The notes: generated by a model from the sequence alone, not told the origin. Positions 9,615 to 18,989 are shown, numbered from the stretch's first letter. The stretch is 64,000 bases of DNA from an uncultured Desulfatitalea sp. (GCA_963668675.2 CAXXMB010000001.1:1216001-1280000); one strand, 5' to 3'. Made by a program: numbers and translations.

Positions 9615-10712
9615 ATGAAACTGTTGAAACGATCCGGTGCTCCGTCGCCAGATTCGACTCCGGAGGCTCTGATTCGCCAGGCAGATGAGTTCAAGGAGCG
9701 CTCTGATATGCTGCTGCGCAGTGTCGATGTGATGCTGCGTTTTTTAAAAGCGTTTGCGCTGGACATTGAGGAGATCCAGTCCGAACGGTACAAAGAAGAG
9801 CTGCAGGAGCTAACGGAGCGCTTCCAGACCGAAGAACGCAGCAAACGGTTGGAGCTCCATTTCGAACGACAAAAAGAGCGCATCCTCAATTTCATCGAAC
9901 GCCAAAAGAGCTACATCCAGGACAGTGAGACGGAGCTGCGGGACATCATCGATCTGCTCACCAAGGCCATGGCCAATCTCAATATAGAGAATATAGAATT
10001 TTACCACCGCATTCATGAGCAGGGCGAAAAAATCATAGAAATCAGCGGGCTCAACGACATCAAAAAAATAAAGAATGCCCTCAAAATCGAAGTCGAACAG
10101 ATGTGGGAGATGGTAGAACTCAAGCAGGACCAGGAGAAGCGCCAGATACAATCCCTGGCCAAACAGGTCAATACGCTGCAAGCCGAACTGGAAGTGGCCA
10201 AAAAGAGATCCATGACCGACGGCCTCACCGGGGTCTATAACCGACATGCACTGGATCAATATCTCACCGACAGAATCGAACGCAACCACATGGTGCATAG
10301 CGACTTCAGCCTTATGATGATCGACATCGACAACTTTAAATTGATCAATGACAAATATGGTCACCCGATCGGCGACCGGGTCCTGGTCGCACTGGCCCAA
10401 AAATGCAGGGGCGCTATTCGTGGAGACGATTTTCTGGCACGCTATGGCGGTGAGGAGTTCACGATCATTCTGGAAGGCGCAACCTTTCGCAATGCGCTTA
10501 AGAAGGCTCGCAGTATCTGCAACAATATCGCTTCGGTGCGTTATGCCACCTCCGAATCCCAGACTGATGACTACCTGAGCATGACAGTCAGCATTGGAAT
10601 GAGCCAGTTCAAAAAAGGCGACACGCCCAAGGAATTGATTGCCCGCGCTGACAAGGCGTTGTATGAAGCCAAACACAAAGGTAAAAACTGCGCGGTAGGG
10701 AAAAAATCCTGA
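9615..10712 (+). CDS. Cytoplasmic diguanylate cyclase (coiled-coil N-terminus + GGEEF domain)
   Basis: TDGLTGVYNR, DIDNFK.IND.YGH..GD, RGDD I-site, RYGGEEF, ADKALYEAK. Confidence 0.93.
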   Translation: MKLLKRSGAPSPDSTPEALIRQADEFKERSDMLLRSVDVMLRFLKAFALDIEEIQSERYKEELQELTERFQTEERSKRLELHFERQKERILNFIERQKSYIQDSETELRDIIDLLTKAMANLNIENIEFYHRIHEQGEKIIEISGLNDIKKIKNALKIEVEQMWEMVELKQDQEKRQIQSLAKQVNTLQAELEVAKKRSMTDGLTGVYNRHALDQYLTDRIERNHMVHSDFSLMMIDIDNFKLINDKYGHPIGDRVLVALAQKCRGAIRGDDFLARYGGEEFTIILEGATFRNALKKARSICNNIASVRYATSESQTDDYLSMTVSIGMSQFKKGDTPKELIARADKALYEAKHKGKNCAVGKKS

Positions 10713-11015
10713 GCCGTTACAACTTTCACGGGCGGGAGTTCATAACCAACATATCCTATTCATTCAGTTAACCACCGTATCGATTGCCATAAAACATGCC
10801 TTGCTCTTAGTGACCATTGACAAATCATTGACGCCCATTAGTTTGTGAAGTTACGCAAAAACAGACCAAAAATGGGCATATTGACAGATTTTGGGGCCCC
10901 ATGGGCGGGTCGCCAGCAGGATGCATCAGCAAAATGGAATCGCACAGATGCCATTACAATTGAAATTGCACGAAAATTTAACGCTTAGAAAATAATCGTC
11001 TGATAGACGTTTGGG

Positions 11016-11031
11016 CGGCAGTGCATTTGCA
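11016..11031 (+). promoter_or_regulatory. Sigma54 -24/-12 promoter candidate
   Basis: CGGCAGTGCATTTGCA = GG-N10-GC, 47 bp before PHP gene. Confidence 0.55.
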
Positions 11032-11078
11032 TATCCTAACGCCATCGAGAGATAAGCCCATCCGAGGAGGAGTACCAT

Positions 11079-11996
11079 ATGTCCCAAAGTGATCGCGTTC
11101 AGTTCGAACAACCTGATCTGAATCACCTCAACCAAAACTACACAGTCGTGGATCTTCACTTTCACTCAACCTATTCCGACGGATTGAATCGTATCGATAA
11201 AATTGCCGCCAAAGCCCGCAAATTGGGAATCGGAATCGCCATCACCGATCACAATGAGATCCGCGGTGCGCTGGAGATCGACCAATACAAAGACATTTTT
11301 TCGATCCCCGGCATCGAATTGACGGTTGCAGAAGGATCGCACCTTCTGGTCTACTTTTACGATACGGCGGAGCTCCAACGCTTCTACGAAAACGAAGTGG
11401 CACCCAATATGGGGACGGGTGTGATGAGTTCCCTGCGGTTGACTATGACCGAAGCCATTGAAAGAAGCCGCCGCTATCGCTGTGTGGTCATTTTTGCACA
11501 CCCTTATTGCGCCATGTACACAGGCATCTGTAACGTCCAATTTTCTGAGGGTGAATTGAAGCATCTATTGGATATGGCTGATGGCGTGGAGGCGATCAAC
11601 GCCAACAACCTGAACCGGTGGAACCTGAAGTGCGCGGTCTTGGGGTTTAACACCCGGAAAGCAATGGTCGGTGGCAGCGATGGCCATGCCCTCAACCATA
11701 TGGGGCGTGCGGTGAGCTACGCCAAGTGCGGTAGAACACGAAAGGACTTTCTGGATGCCGTCCTCAACAAGCAGAACTGGGTGGCCGGAAAAGAGATCGC
11801 GTTTTTGCGCAAGGTGACCACCAACAGCCTCAAACTACGTTCCAACATAGGCAACTGCCCGGATCTTATAGAAAAAAACTTCCGTTACGGCCGAAAGGTC
11901 ATCCAGTTCAAATCATGTGCGTTGCGCAATCAGGTCAAACGCAGGATCGAGCACCATTTCAAACAGGATCGATTGCGCAACTATTTGGGCATTTAG
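11079..11996 (+). CDS. PHP-family metal-dependent phosphoesterase
   Basis: DLHFHSTYSDG, ITDHN, GIE, H, AHP, GGSDGH. Confidence 0.9.
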   Translation: MSQSDRVQFEQPDLNHLNQNYTVVDLHFHSTYSDGLNRIDKIAAKARKLGIGIAITDHNEIRGALEIDQYKDIFSIPGIELTVAEGSHLLVYFYDTAELQRFYENEVAPNMGTGVMSSLRLTMTEAIERSRRYRCVVIFAHPYCAMYTGICNVQFSEGELKHLLDMADGVEAINANNLNRWNLKCAVLGFNTRKAMVGGSDGHALNHMGRAVSYAKCGRTRKDFLDAVLNKQNWVAGKEIAFLRKVTTNSLKLRSNIGNCPDLIEKNFRYGRKVIQFKSCALRNQVKRRIEHHFKQDRLRNYLGI

Positions 11997-12011
11997 GGTC
12001 CACGCGGGGCA

Positions 12012-12578
12012 CTAACGCACTCGACCCATAAATTTACCCGTCTCGGTATTGATCCGGATTCGGTCACCGGGTGCCATATATTCGGGCACCAACACCACCC
12101 GTCCATTGGGCAGGGTGGCAGGTTTGTTTCGGTTGGTGGCCGTGGCCCCCTTGATGACGGGTGCGGTCTCTTCAATTTCAAGCGCAACGGAGGCAGGCAA
12201 CTCGATGGCCACCACCTGCCCATCGAGCATCAACGCAACCAATCCCTCCATATTTTCCGTCAACCAGTCCTTCTGATCCTCCAACTGATCGATACTCAGG
12301 CTGTACTGCTCGAAGTTCTCCGCGTCCATGAAATGAAACGTCTCCGGATCGGAATAGAGGTAGGTGATCGATCTGCGTTCAAGAATCAACTCCTCCAGCG
12401 CATCATTACTTTTGAAGCTCTGCTCTAAGTTTTGCCCGCCGGGAATCGTAGTGAACCGCACCCGGTAGAGCGTATTGGCACCCCGGGCGGAAGGGGTCTG
12501 AACATCTATATCACGCACCTGACACGCGGCGCCGTTGAGGCTGACCACGTTACCTTTACGCAGTTGTGAAGCTTTCAC
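12012..12578 (-). CDS. yeiP: Elongation factor P-like protein (EfpL/YeiP)
   Basis: EF-P fold with TPSARGANTLY loop, KPATLPNG..V.VP; GTG start with AAAGGAG. Confidence 0.85.
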   Translation of the reverse strand: MKASQLRKGNVVSLNGAACQVRDIDVQTPSARGANTLYRVRFTTIPGGQNLEQSFKSNDALEELILERRSITYLYSDPETFHFMDAENFEQYSLSIDQLEDQKDWLTENMEGLVALMLDGQVVAIELPASVALEIEETAPVIKGATATNRNKPATLPNGRVVLVPEYMAPGDRIRINTETGKFMGRVR

Positions 12579-12781
12579 GTCGGATGGCTCCTTTCTCTGT
12601 ATCGATAACCGCAACTATCATTCTGATCGTCTCTACTTCAAATATGTAATATGTCCTTCAAATTTGAAAGTATTTATAGATCAGCAAACTACCCAACTCT
12701 CATCTGTCGCATCTTTATAAAATGCCCCATTCCCTCTCTGGCAAAGAGTTTAAAGCGTCATGCCGAATACTAAGGGAGCAC

Positions 12782-12797
12782 AGGCATGCTTATTGCA
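12782..12797 (+). promoter_or_regulatory. Sigma54 -24/-12 promoter candidate
   Basis: AGGCATGCTTATTGCA = GG-N10-GC with TTGCA at -12. Confidence 0.6.
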
Positions 12798-12894
12798 TTA
12801 ATATTTATTAAAAACAATAAAAGATCTCACCCAAAGGGCGGATCATCAATCTCTTGCGGAACCGTGTGACAGGAAAGGAGCGTTAGAAGTAGAA

Positions 12895-13206
12895 ATGATT
12901 GATCGTTTTCGAAGATTTAAACTGCCCACGACGGTAGAAGAGGCCGTAGATGTACTGATTTCGGATTTAACGACCCAACAGATGGCTGCCATGGGTCATA
13001 TGACCGACGAGGAGTTCGACCGGTTGTGCCGACAACTGGTGCCGTACCTGCAACACGATTTCCGCCTGTGGACAGGCAATGATCGGCTGCTTTTCGACTG
13101 TTTCGACACGGTGGATAACGACACCTCTAACGACCCGATGCGAATCATCATGGAGCGCATGCGGGAGCGCCTGTTATCCGATCAGGGTGTCTTTATTGCG
13201 TATTAG
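12895..13206 (+). CDS. Small conserved hypothetical protein (DUF6794-like, from recollection)
   Basis: PTTVEEAV..LI..L, F.LW.GN..LL..C pattern; AAAGGAG upstream. Confidence 0.65.
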   Translation: MIDRFRRFKLPTTVEEAVDVLISDLTTQQMAAMGHMTDEEFDRLCRQLVPYLQHDFRLWTGNDRLLFDCFDTVDNDTSNDPMRIIMERMRERLLSDQGVFIAY

Positions 13207-13393
13207 GCAACCAACGGCTTAGTGGGGTGACTGCGCCTGCCTTTTAGAGGGCCACCTGATCGATTAGATAAAAATATTGTCCCTCCAAATGGCCTCGTGA
13301 ATTGCATCTTATGTTTCAGCACTTTCTGATTGCGAACTGCAAATTATGAATTAAGTTAAATCCTGTATTTTCGCCGTCACGAGAGAAAGGAAT

Positions 13394-13795
13394 ATGCAAA
13401 TGCCATCGACATCAAAACCAGTCGCCCCGTTGGACAAGGTCACCCTGCGCATCAGGGCAATTCCCAGAAATCAAACCGATTCATCGAAAAACGATACATC
13501 GGAGCTCTCTTTTATCTGCGGTATCGGATCGGCAGGCCTGGTACCCTTCGAACAGATGCTTTGTAACAAATCCGTTGACGAACGCTTTTCCCTGCCAGTC
13601 GAGCCTGGAACAGGCGATGAGCTCTTTGGGCACCTGAGCTGCGTGTTGAGTCAAACCATCGGGTTCACGGCACCTTGCGACCTTGACATCACCATCGCAG
13701 CGGTCGCCGTTGCACAGGGGCATGAAGTGGTCAAAGCCATGGCCCAGATGTCTGAAGGTTGTGGCGGCGGTTGCGACTGCGGATGCGGCTGCTGA
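13394..13795 (+). CDS. Degenerate FKBP/SlyD-like small protein with Cys/Gly tail
   Basis: LSFICGIG..GL.PFEQ.L..K.V.E.F resembles SlyD; ends GCGGGCDCGCGC; AAAGGA RBS. Confidence 0.65.
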   Translation: MQMPSTSKPVAPLDKVTLRIRAIPRNQTDSSKNDTSELSFICGIGSAGLVPFEQMLCNKSVDERFSLPVEPGTGDELFGHLSCVLSQTIGFTAPCDLDITIAAVAVAQGHEVVKAMAQMSEGCGGGCDCGCGC

Positions 13796-14099
13796 ACGCC
13801 CTCTCCTTTTGGCTCAATATGGACCAGCGAATACTCCATTTTTCATGCTCTCTTGCACATGCCAGCTCCTTTTGCCTGCTTTGCATGACAACCGCATAAA
13901 CCCAATTGGGGCTTTACACATGCCTTCGATCCTGCCCATTTTTAATTCATTGATTTAATTCGCTGAATTTCATATAAAGTACTTTGAGGCCAAACAGGCG
14001 CCGATTGATGCCCAGGCCCTCTCTTAAAGAAAACGCATGCAGGTATTGAACAGCGGATCATCAAGCAAAACGTCGACGGTAATCCACCTGGAGCAACAC

Positions 14100-15557
14100 A
14101 TGTATCGTGACAACTACATCAAAGCCCTTCGATCCGAGATGTTGGAAATGGTTGCCGAGCAGTTGACGCCTGTGGCCCTGCGCTACGGATATAGCAATGT
14201 CCCTCTTGAAACCACCATCAAATGGCGTCCCCAGGTCCTTGTTTTGGGCGGCTACTCCTCGGGCAAATCGACGTTGATCAACGATTTTCTGGGGACCGAA
14301 ATTCAAGCAACAGGCCAAGCCCCCACAGACGATTCGTTCACGATCATCACCTATGACGACACATTGCCGGAAGACGAACCGGTTCAGGTGACCGAATCGC
14401 GAGATGGCAAATTCCTGCTCAACGACAGCGAGTACCCGTTTGAAATGCTGAAAAAGCATGGCCAGCGATTCGCCGCCCATTTTCGCCTCAAAAAAGTCAA
14501 CTCGCCGTTTCTCAAGAACCTGGCTATCATCGATACGCCTGGTATGCTCGACAGTATTACCGAGAGGGACCGCGGATACGACTACCAGGAGGTCATCGGC
14601 GACCTGGCCCAGATCGCCGATCTGGTGCTTGTCCTCTTCGACCCGCATAAAGCCGGGACTGTCCGCGAAATCCACACCAGCCTCCGTGAAACGCTTCCGG
14701 CCAGAACCTTTGAGGACCGGGTGCTCTTCGTGCTCAACCGGATTGACGAGTGCGCCTCGATGATCGACCTGCTGCGCGTATACGGAACCTTGTGCTGGAA
14801 TCTCTCCCAGATCACCGGCCGCAAAGACATCCCCATGATCCATTTGAGCTATTCGCTGAAGGACAACAAGGAGATCTCCAAAAAAAAGGAGATGAGCTAT
14901 CTGAGCCATCTTGAAAACCAGCGCGAAGAGTTAAAAAAGGCCGTCCAGCAGGCGCCTCGGTATCGTCTGGACAACCTGGCCGCCTTTGTCGAAACCCACG
15001 GGGAGCGGTTGACTCACTTTCTCGAAGCGTTGATCAGTTACCGCAAGCGCGCCCGCAAGTTCGGATTCAATGCTTTTCTCATCGCACTGATGGGAAGCCT
15101 CATTCTGGGCGGCGGCGCTTTCCTGCTCGCCCTCATTTCACCGCCACTGGCGGGCATGGACATCATGATCACCAGCTTTGCTGCCGGCGGTGTTGCCTTG
15201 CTTGGCTTCGTCCTCTGGGCGACGACGTTGCGCCGCTTCTTCTATAAACGGTTCCACAGGAAGGCGCTAAAGAACATCAGCAATTTGACCTCGCTGTTCA
15301 ACCAAACACGAAAGGACAGCTGGGAGGCGGTGCGTGAATTGGTGCTTAATCACCTTCGCAGCACGAATGGGAGGTTCTCTCTTAGGGATGTCCGGCGTGA
15401 CTTCAGTATTGTCTGGCAAGTATATGAACGCGGCTCCCAGGAAATCCGTGACGCCTTGAAAGAACTCGAAGGGCTGTCGGCCGAAGAGGAGGAGGAATTC
15501 TTCAAGGCGCGATTGAACTTGGATGACCAGGGCAATCCCATGGATATGACCGCATAA
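14100..15557 (+). CDS. Dynamin-superfamily EHD-like NTPase with two C-terminal TM helices (alternative start 14037)
   Basis: GGYSSGKST, APTDDSF, DTPG, RGYD, LFDPHK, VLNRID, LLRVYGTLCW. Confidence 0.85.
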   Translation: MYRDNYIKALRSEMLEMVAEQLTPVALRYGYSNVPLETTIKWRPQVLVLGGYSSGKSTLINDFLGTEIQATGQAPTDDSFTIITYDDTLPEDEPVQVTESRDGKFLLNDSEYPFEMLKKHGQRFAAHFRLKKVNSPFLKNLAIIDTPGMLDSITERDRGYDYQEVIGDLAQIADLVLVLFDPHKAGTVREIHTSLRETLPARTFEDRVLFVLNRIDECASMIDLLRVYGTLCWNLSQITGRKDIPMIHLSYSLKDNKEISKKKEMSYLSHLENQREELKKAVQQAPRYRLDNLAAFVETHGERLTHFLEALISYRKRARKFGFNAFLIALMGSLILGGGAFLLALISPPLAGMDIMITSFAAGGVALLGFVLWATTLRRFFYKRFHRKALKNISNLTSLFNQTRKDSWEAVRELVLNHLRSTNGRFSLRDVRRDFSIVWQVYERGSQEIRDALKELEGLSAEEEEEFFKARLNLDDQGNPMDMTA

Positions 15558-15585
15558 CGATTGCACTAAAACAGATGCGACAATC

Positions 15586-16119
15586 ATGGATTCCAAAACA
15601 AGCGACCAGGCCACGACTGGCGACCATCTTCAACCCGAAGAGATCCGCCGCCAAGCCCGTTCGCTGATCGATGCCCAACGCACCATGGTCCTGGCCACAG
15701 AAGAGCGAAATGTCCCCTGGACCGCACCTGTCTATTACGTCTACAGTGAGCCGCACTTTTACTTCTTTTCAAGCCCGAGGGCACGCCATATCCGACAAGC
15801 AGGGTCAGGCAAGGCGGTCGCCGCCTCAATTTTCTCCGATAGCGATCAATGGCTGGACATTCAAGGCCTGCAGATGAGCGGCACCCTCATGGAGGTAAAA
15901 AAGCCTACCGATCGGCTCAATGCGATAGCACGCTTTTTGATCAAATTTCCTTTTAGCAAACCTTTCCTGCAGCCCGAAGCGAAGCAGTTGAAAGGGGCGC
16001 CCGCTGTCGGAGCGAAGGTCAGGCTTTATGCGTTCACCCCCCAAGAGATCTACCTGGTGAACAACCGCATGGCGTTCGGTAAGCGGCTCCCGGTAGAATT
16101 GCAAAGGAGGGCAAGATGA
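15586..16119 (+). CDS. Pyridoxamine 5'-phosphate oxidase-like FMN-binding split-barrel protein
   Basis: MVLAT..PW.APVYY, FFSS..ARH, IQGLQMSG. Confidence 0.8.
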   Translation: MDSKTSDQATTGDHLQPEEIRRQARSLIDAQRTMVLATEERNVPWTAPVYYVYSEPHFYFFSSPRARHIRQAGSGKAVAASIFSDSDQWLDIQGLQMSGTLMEVKKPTDRLNAIARFLIKFPFSKPFLQPEAKQLKGAPAVGAKVRLYAFTPQEIYLVNNRMAFGKRLPVELQRRAR

Positions 16120-16922
16120 CAAGAGAAGGCAAGGATGCATATTCGGTATTAGACCGCCCGGAAGTACTGGGTGCCATTTTTCATCCCAGAGCGGAATCTA
16201 ATTTCGGGTCATCGGGAGCAATCGGAGAGGATCATCTGATTGATGTTGCGCCGGGCATCGCCATCGGAGCCCGCTTTCATATGGGCAGTCTATCGGATAC
16301 CAACATTCTCTACTTTCACGGCAATGGAGAGATTGTCGCCGATTACGATGAGCTCGCGCCCAGGTACAACGCGCTGGGAATCAATTTCATGGTTGTCGAT
16401 TTTCGCGGCTACGGCCGATCCACAGGATACCCGACGGTCAGCGGCATGATGGCGGACTGCCATGTTGCCCACGCCTATGTCCGAACATGGCTACAGCAAA
16501 ATGGCTACGACGGACCACTAGTGGTCATGGGAAGATCACTGGGGAGCGCATCGGCGCTCGAACTGGCGGCAGACGCTGAAAAGCGCATTGACGGATTGAT
16601 CATAGAAAGCGGCTTTGCTTTTGCCGAACCCCTATTGCGCCTGTTGGGCGTGGATATCCATGGAATCGGCTTCAAAGAGGACGAGGGCTTTCGCAATGTG
16701 GACAAAATCGGACAATTCAAGGGGCCAACCCTGGTAATCCATGCCGAATACGACCACATCATCCCCTTTTCCGACGGCCAGGCGCTTTATTCGGCCAGCC
16801 GGGCGGAAGAGAAACGGATGCTCAAGATCGAGGGGGCCAACCACAACGACATCTTTTTCCGCGGCATGCAGATCTATATGAAGACGATCGACAATTTCAA
16901 CCGATCGATCATTGGTCGATAA
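16116..16922 (+). CDS. Alpha/beta hydrolase (ABHD17/Bem46-like)
   Basis: YFHGNGE, DFRGYGRS, GRSLG nucleophile, HAEYD, GANHND. Confidence 0.9.
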   Translation: MTREGKDAYSVLDRPEVLGAIFHPRAESNFGSSGAIGEDHLIDVAPGIAIGARFHMGSLSDTNILYFHGNGEIVADYDELAPRYNALGINFMVVDFRGYGRSTGYPTVSGMMADCHVAHAYVRTWLQQNGYDGPLVVMGRSLGSASALELAADAEKRIDGLIIESGFAFAEPLLRLLGVDIHGIGFKEDEGFRNVDKIGQFKGPTLVIHAEYDHIIPFSDGQALYSASRAEEKRMLKIEGANHNDIFFRGMQIYMKTIDNFNRSIIGR

Positions 16923-16931
16923 GATGAAGGC

Positions 16932-17444
16932 TTACCCCTTTTCACCTCGGTAGTCCCGGGCCAACTGCAGATAGATGCCCGCTTCCCGGATGTGGGTCTC
17001 CACCCGATCACGTTCATATGTTTTCTTGATCTTTGCGGGAACGCCTGCTGCCAGTTCCAGGGGACCCACGACCATCTTCTCGGGAACGACGCTGCCAGCG
17101 GCAACTACGCTGCCTTCACGCACCATGGCATCATTCAATAGGACCGCGCCGATACCAATCAGCACTCGGTCCTCGACAGTGCATCCATGAATGACCGCGT
17201 TGTGCCCGATGGTCGTCTGAGCGCCAATATACAGCGGATGGTCGCTGTCCACATGAAGGGTGCAGTTGTCCTGGACATTGGCGCCCGCTCCGATGGTAAT
17301 CCGATCCCGATCTCCCCTGACCACCGCCCCGAACCAAACGCTCGCCTCGTCTTCGATGACCACATCGCCGATAATCACAGCCGTCGGCGCGATATAGACG
17401 TTTTTCCCGATAACGGGTTTTTGACCGTTGTATGGAAGAATCAT
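16932..17444 (-). CDS. Gamma carbonic anhydrase family (YrdA-like) hexapeptide-repeat protein
   Basis: VRGD, NVQDNCTLH, GHNAVIHGC, GVPAK. Confidence 0.92.
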   Translation of the reverse strand: MILPYNGQKPVIGKNVYIAPTAVIIGDVVIEDEASVWFGAVVRGDRDRITIGAGANVQDNCTLHVDSDHPLYIGAQTTIGHNAVIHGCTVEDRVLIGIGAVLLNDAMVREGSVVAAGSVVPEKMVVGPLELAAGVPAKIKKTYERDRVETHIREAGIYLQLARDYRGEKG

Positions 17445-17695
17445 TATCACCCCTGGCTTAAAAGCCCTTGCCGATGGATTTAGGTGCCGTTATTATAAAA
17501 TTTCGTGTGGGCCGATCTGCCGAACGACTTGCCACTTGCCAATAAGGACCTATTTTTTAGCCCATAACCGATCCTACGGCAAGGAAGAAACCCGCTGAGG
17601 GCTGCTAACCGCGATAGCAATGAACAGGTTCCTGCGAAAGCAGTTCTCGATTCTCTATCACCGAAAACTGTAGCATTCAATATCCGGGGAAAAAG

Positions 17696-18598
17696 ATGAA
17701 GCACACCAGAGGCAACGATCCTTCAGATTGCAAGCCGTGCGAATTTAAAGGCGACCTTGGAAGAACGGTACTCAACTCACTCTCTGCGCACATTGCTATC
17801 ATCGATGAACTAGGGGTCATCTTGGAGACGAATCGCGCATGGCAAGCTTTCGCAGGCAAAGATGCGATAGGCGACGCCGACGCTTTCCTTGGGACGAACT
17901 ATCTCGACATCTGTGATGCAGCCCAAGGCGAAGGGGCTGAGGATGCCCATGCCGTGGCCAACGGCATTCGAAGCGTTATCCGAGGAGAGGTGGAAGAGTT
18001 CTTGTATGACTACCCCTGCCACACCCCCTCCGAGCAGCATTGGTTCTATATGCGCGCCATCCGGATGGAAGGCGAAACGCCCATGCGGATCGTGGTGAGC
18101 CATGAAGATATTACCCAGCTCAAGTTGACCGAAGAGGCCTTGAAAGCGAGCAAAATGAGCATTGAAGAGCAGAAGCAGAACCTGGAGGAGACCAACATCG
18201 CCCTTAAGGTGCTCCTCAAGCAACGCGAGAATGACAAAGCCGAACTCGAACAGAAGGTGCTCGGGAACATCAAAAACCTCATCTTCCCCTACCTGGAGAA
18301 ACTCAAGCGCGCACCGTTGAGGCCCCGAGACAAAACGACCGTCGACATTATCGACACCCACCTGAACGATATCGTTTCGCCACTCATGCAGCGCCTGTCC
18401 AATATCAATATTCTCCTCACCCCCCAGGAGATGCAGGTTGCCACGTTGGTCAAGGATGGCCGAAGCAGCAAAGAGATCGCCGAGATTCTTACCGTATCTG
18501 AAACCACCATTCATTTTCACCGCAAGAACCTGCGCCAAAAATTCGGTATCAAAAACAGTACGACGAATCTACGCTCCTATCTGATGTCGATCGGTTGA
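17696..18598 (+). CDS. PAS domain / LuxR-type HTH transcriptional regulator
   Basis: PAS (LNSLSAHIAIIDELG.I..TN.AW, YPCH), coiled coil, LTPQEMQVA...G.SSKEIAE.L.VSE.TI.FHRKNLRQK. Confidence 0.9.
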   Translation: MKHTRGNDPSDCKPCEFKGDLGRTVLNSLSAHIAIIDELGVILETNRAWQAFAGKDAIGDADAFLGTNYLDICDAAQGEGAEDAHAVANGIRSVIRGEVEEFLYDYPCHTPSEQHWFYMRAIRMEGETPMRIVVSHEDITQLKLTEEALKASKMSIEEQKQNLEETNIALKVLLKQRENDKAELEQKVLGNIKNLIFPYLEKLKRAPLRPRDKTTVDIIDTHLNDIVSPLMQRLSNINILLTPQEMQVATLVKDGRSSKEIAEILTVSETTIHFHRKNLRQKFGIKNSTTNLRSYLMSIG

Positions 18599-18705
18599 AG
18601 CGAACCCGATACTCGCCCCGGTTGCCGATTTTCGATCGAAGACCGTGGGAAGCCTTCACTTAGGTCGATAAGGTTACGATCCAAACATAGACGGATGGCC
18701 TGAGG

Positions 18706-18853
18706 TGATGCAAGTTGCACCATGGGCCTGCAAAATGCCTCATCTATGTAATTTATTGTTAATAATTATAAATTACATCTAAAAGAAAGGCAGTGATGCG
18801 ATCTGCACCATTTTCCCACGGAATGGCTTGAACACCTGATGCAAGATGCCGCA
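18706..18853 (+). repeat. Four 17-bp enhancer-like repeats (tgaTGCaanaTGCncCA)
   Basis: TGATGCAAGTTGCACCA 18706, GCCTGCAAAATGCCTCA 18726, TGATGCGATCTGCACCA 18794, TGATGCAAGATGCCGCA 18837. Confidence 0.7.
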
Positions 18854-18909
18854 TTTATTTTATGCTTTATTTCAGAATGTTATAAATATTTTGGCACTTT
18901 TTAATGAAT

Positions 18910-18925
18910 TGGCCTGCTTCGTGCT
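18910..18925 (+). promoter_or_regulatory. Sigma54 -24/-12 promoter of the GcvH-like gene
   Basis: TGGCCTGCTTCGTGCT = GG-N10-GC, downstream of the repeats and an AT-rich tract. Confidence 0.65.
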
Positions 18926-18989
18926 TTGTTTAGATGTCAACAATCCAACAAACACACGTTGACATTGTAACCGCCTGGAAGGAGGCCCC

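Noticed and set aside
10713..11078. c-di-GMP riboswitch after the GGDEF gene
   Set aside because: Could not find the GEMM tetraloop/receptor architecture on either strand by eye; an Rfam scan would settle it
13290..13306. Sigma54-like TGGCCTCGTGAATTGCA upstream of the SlyD-like gene
   Set aside because: GG-GC spacing is 11
13793..13850. Selenocysteine read-through at the TGA after the Cys-rich tail
   Set aside because: No convincing SECIS-like hairpin and no protein-like continuation
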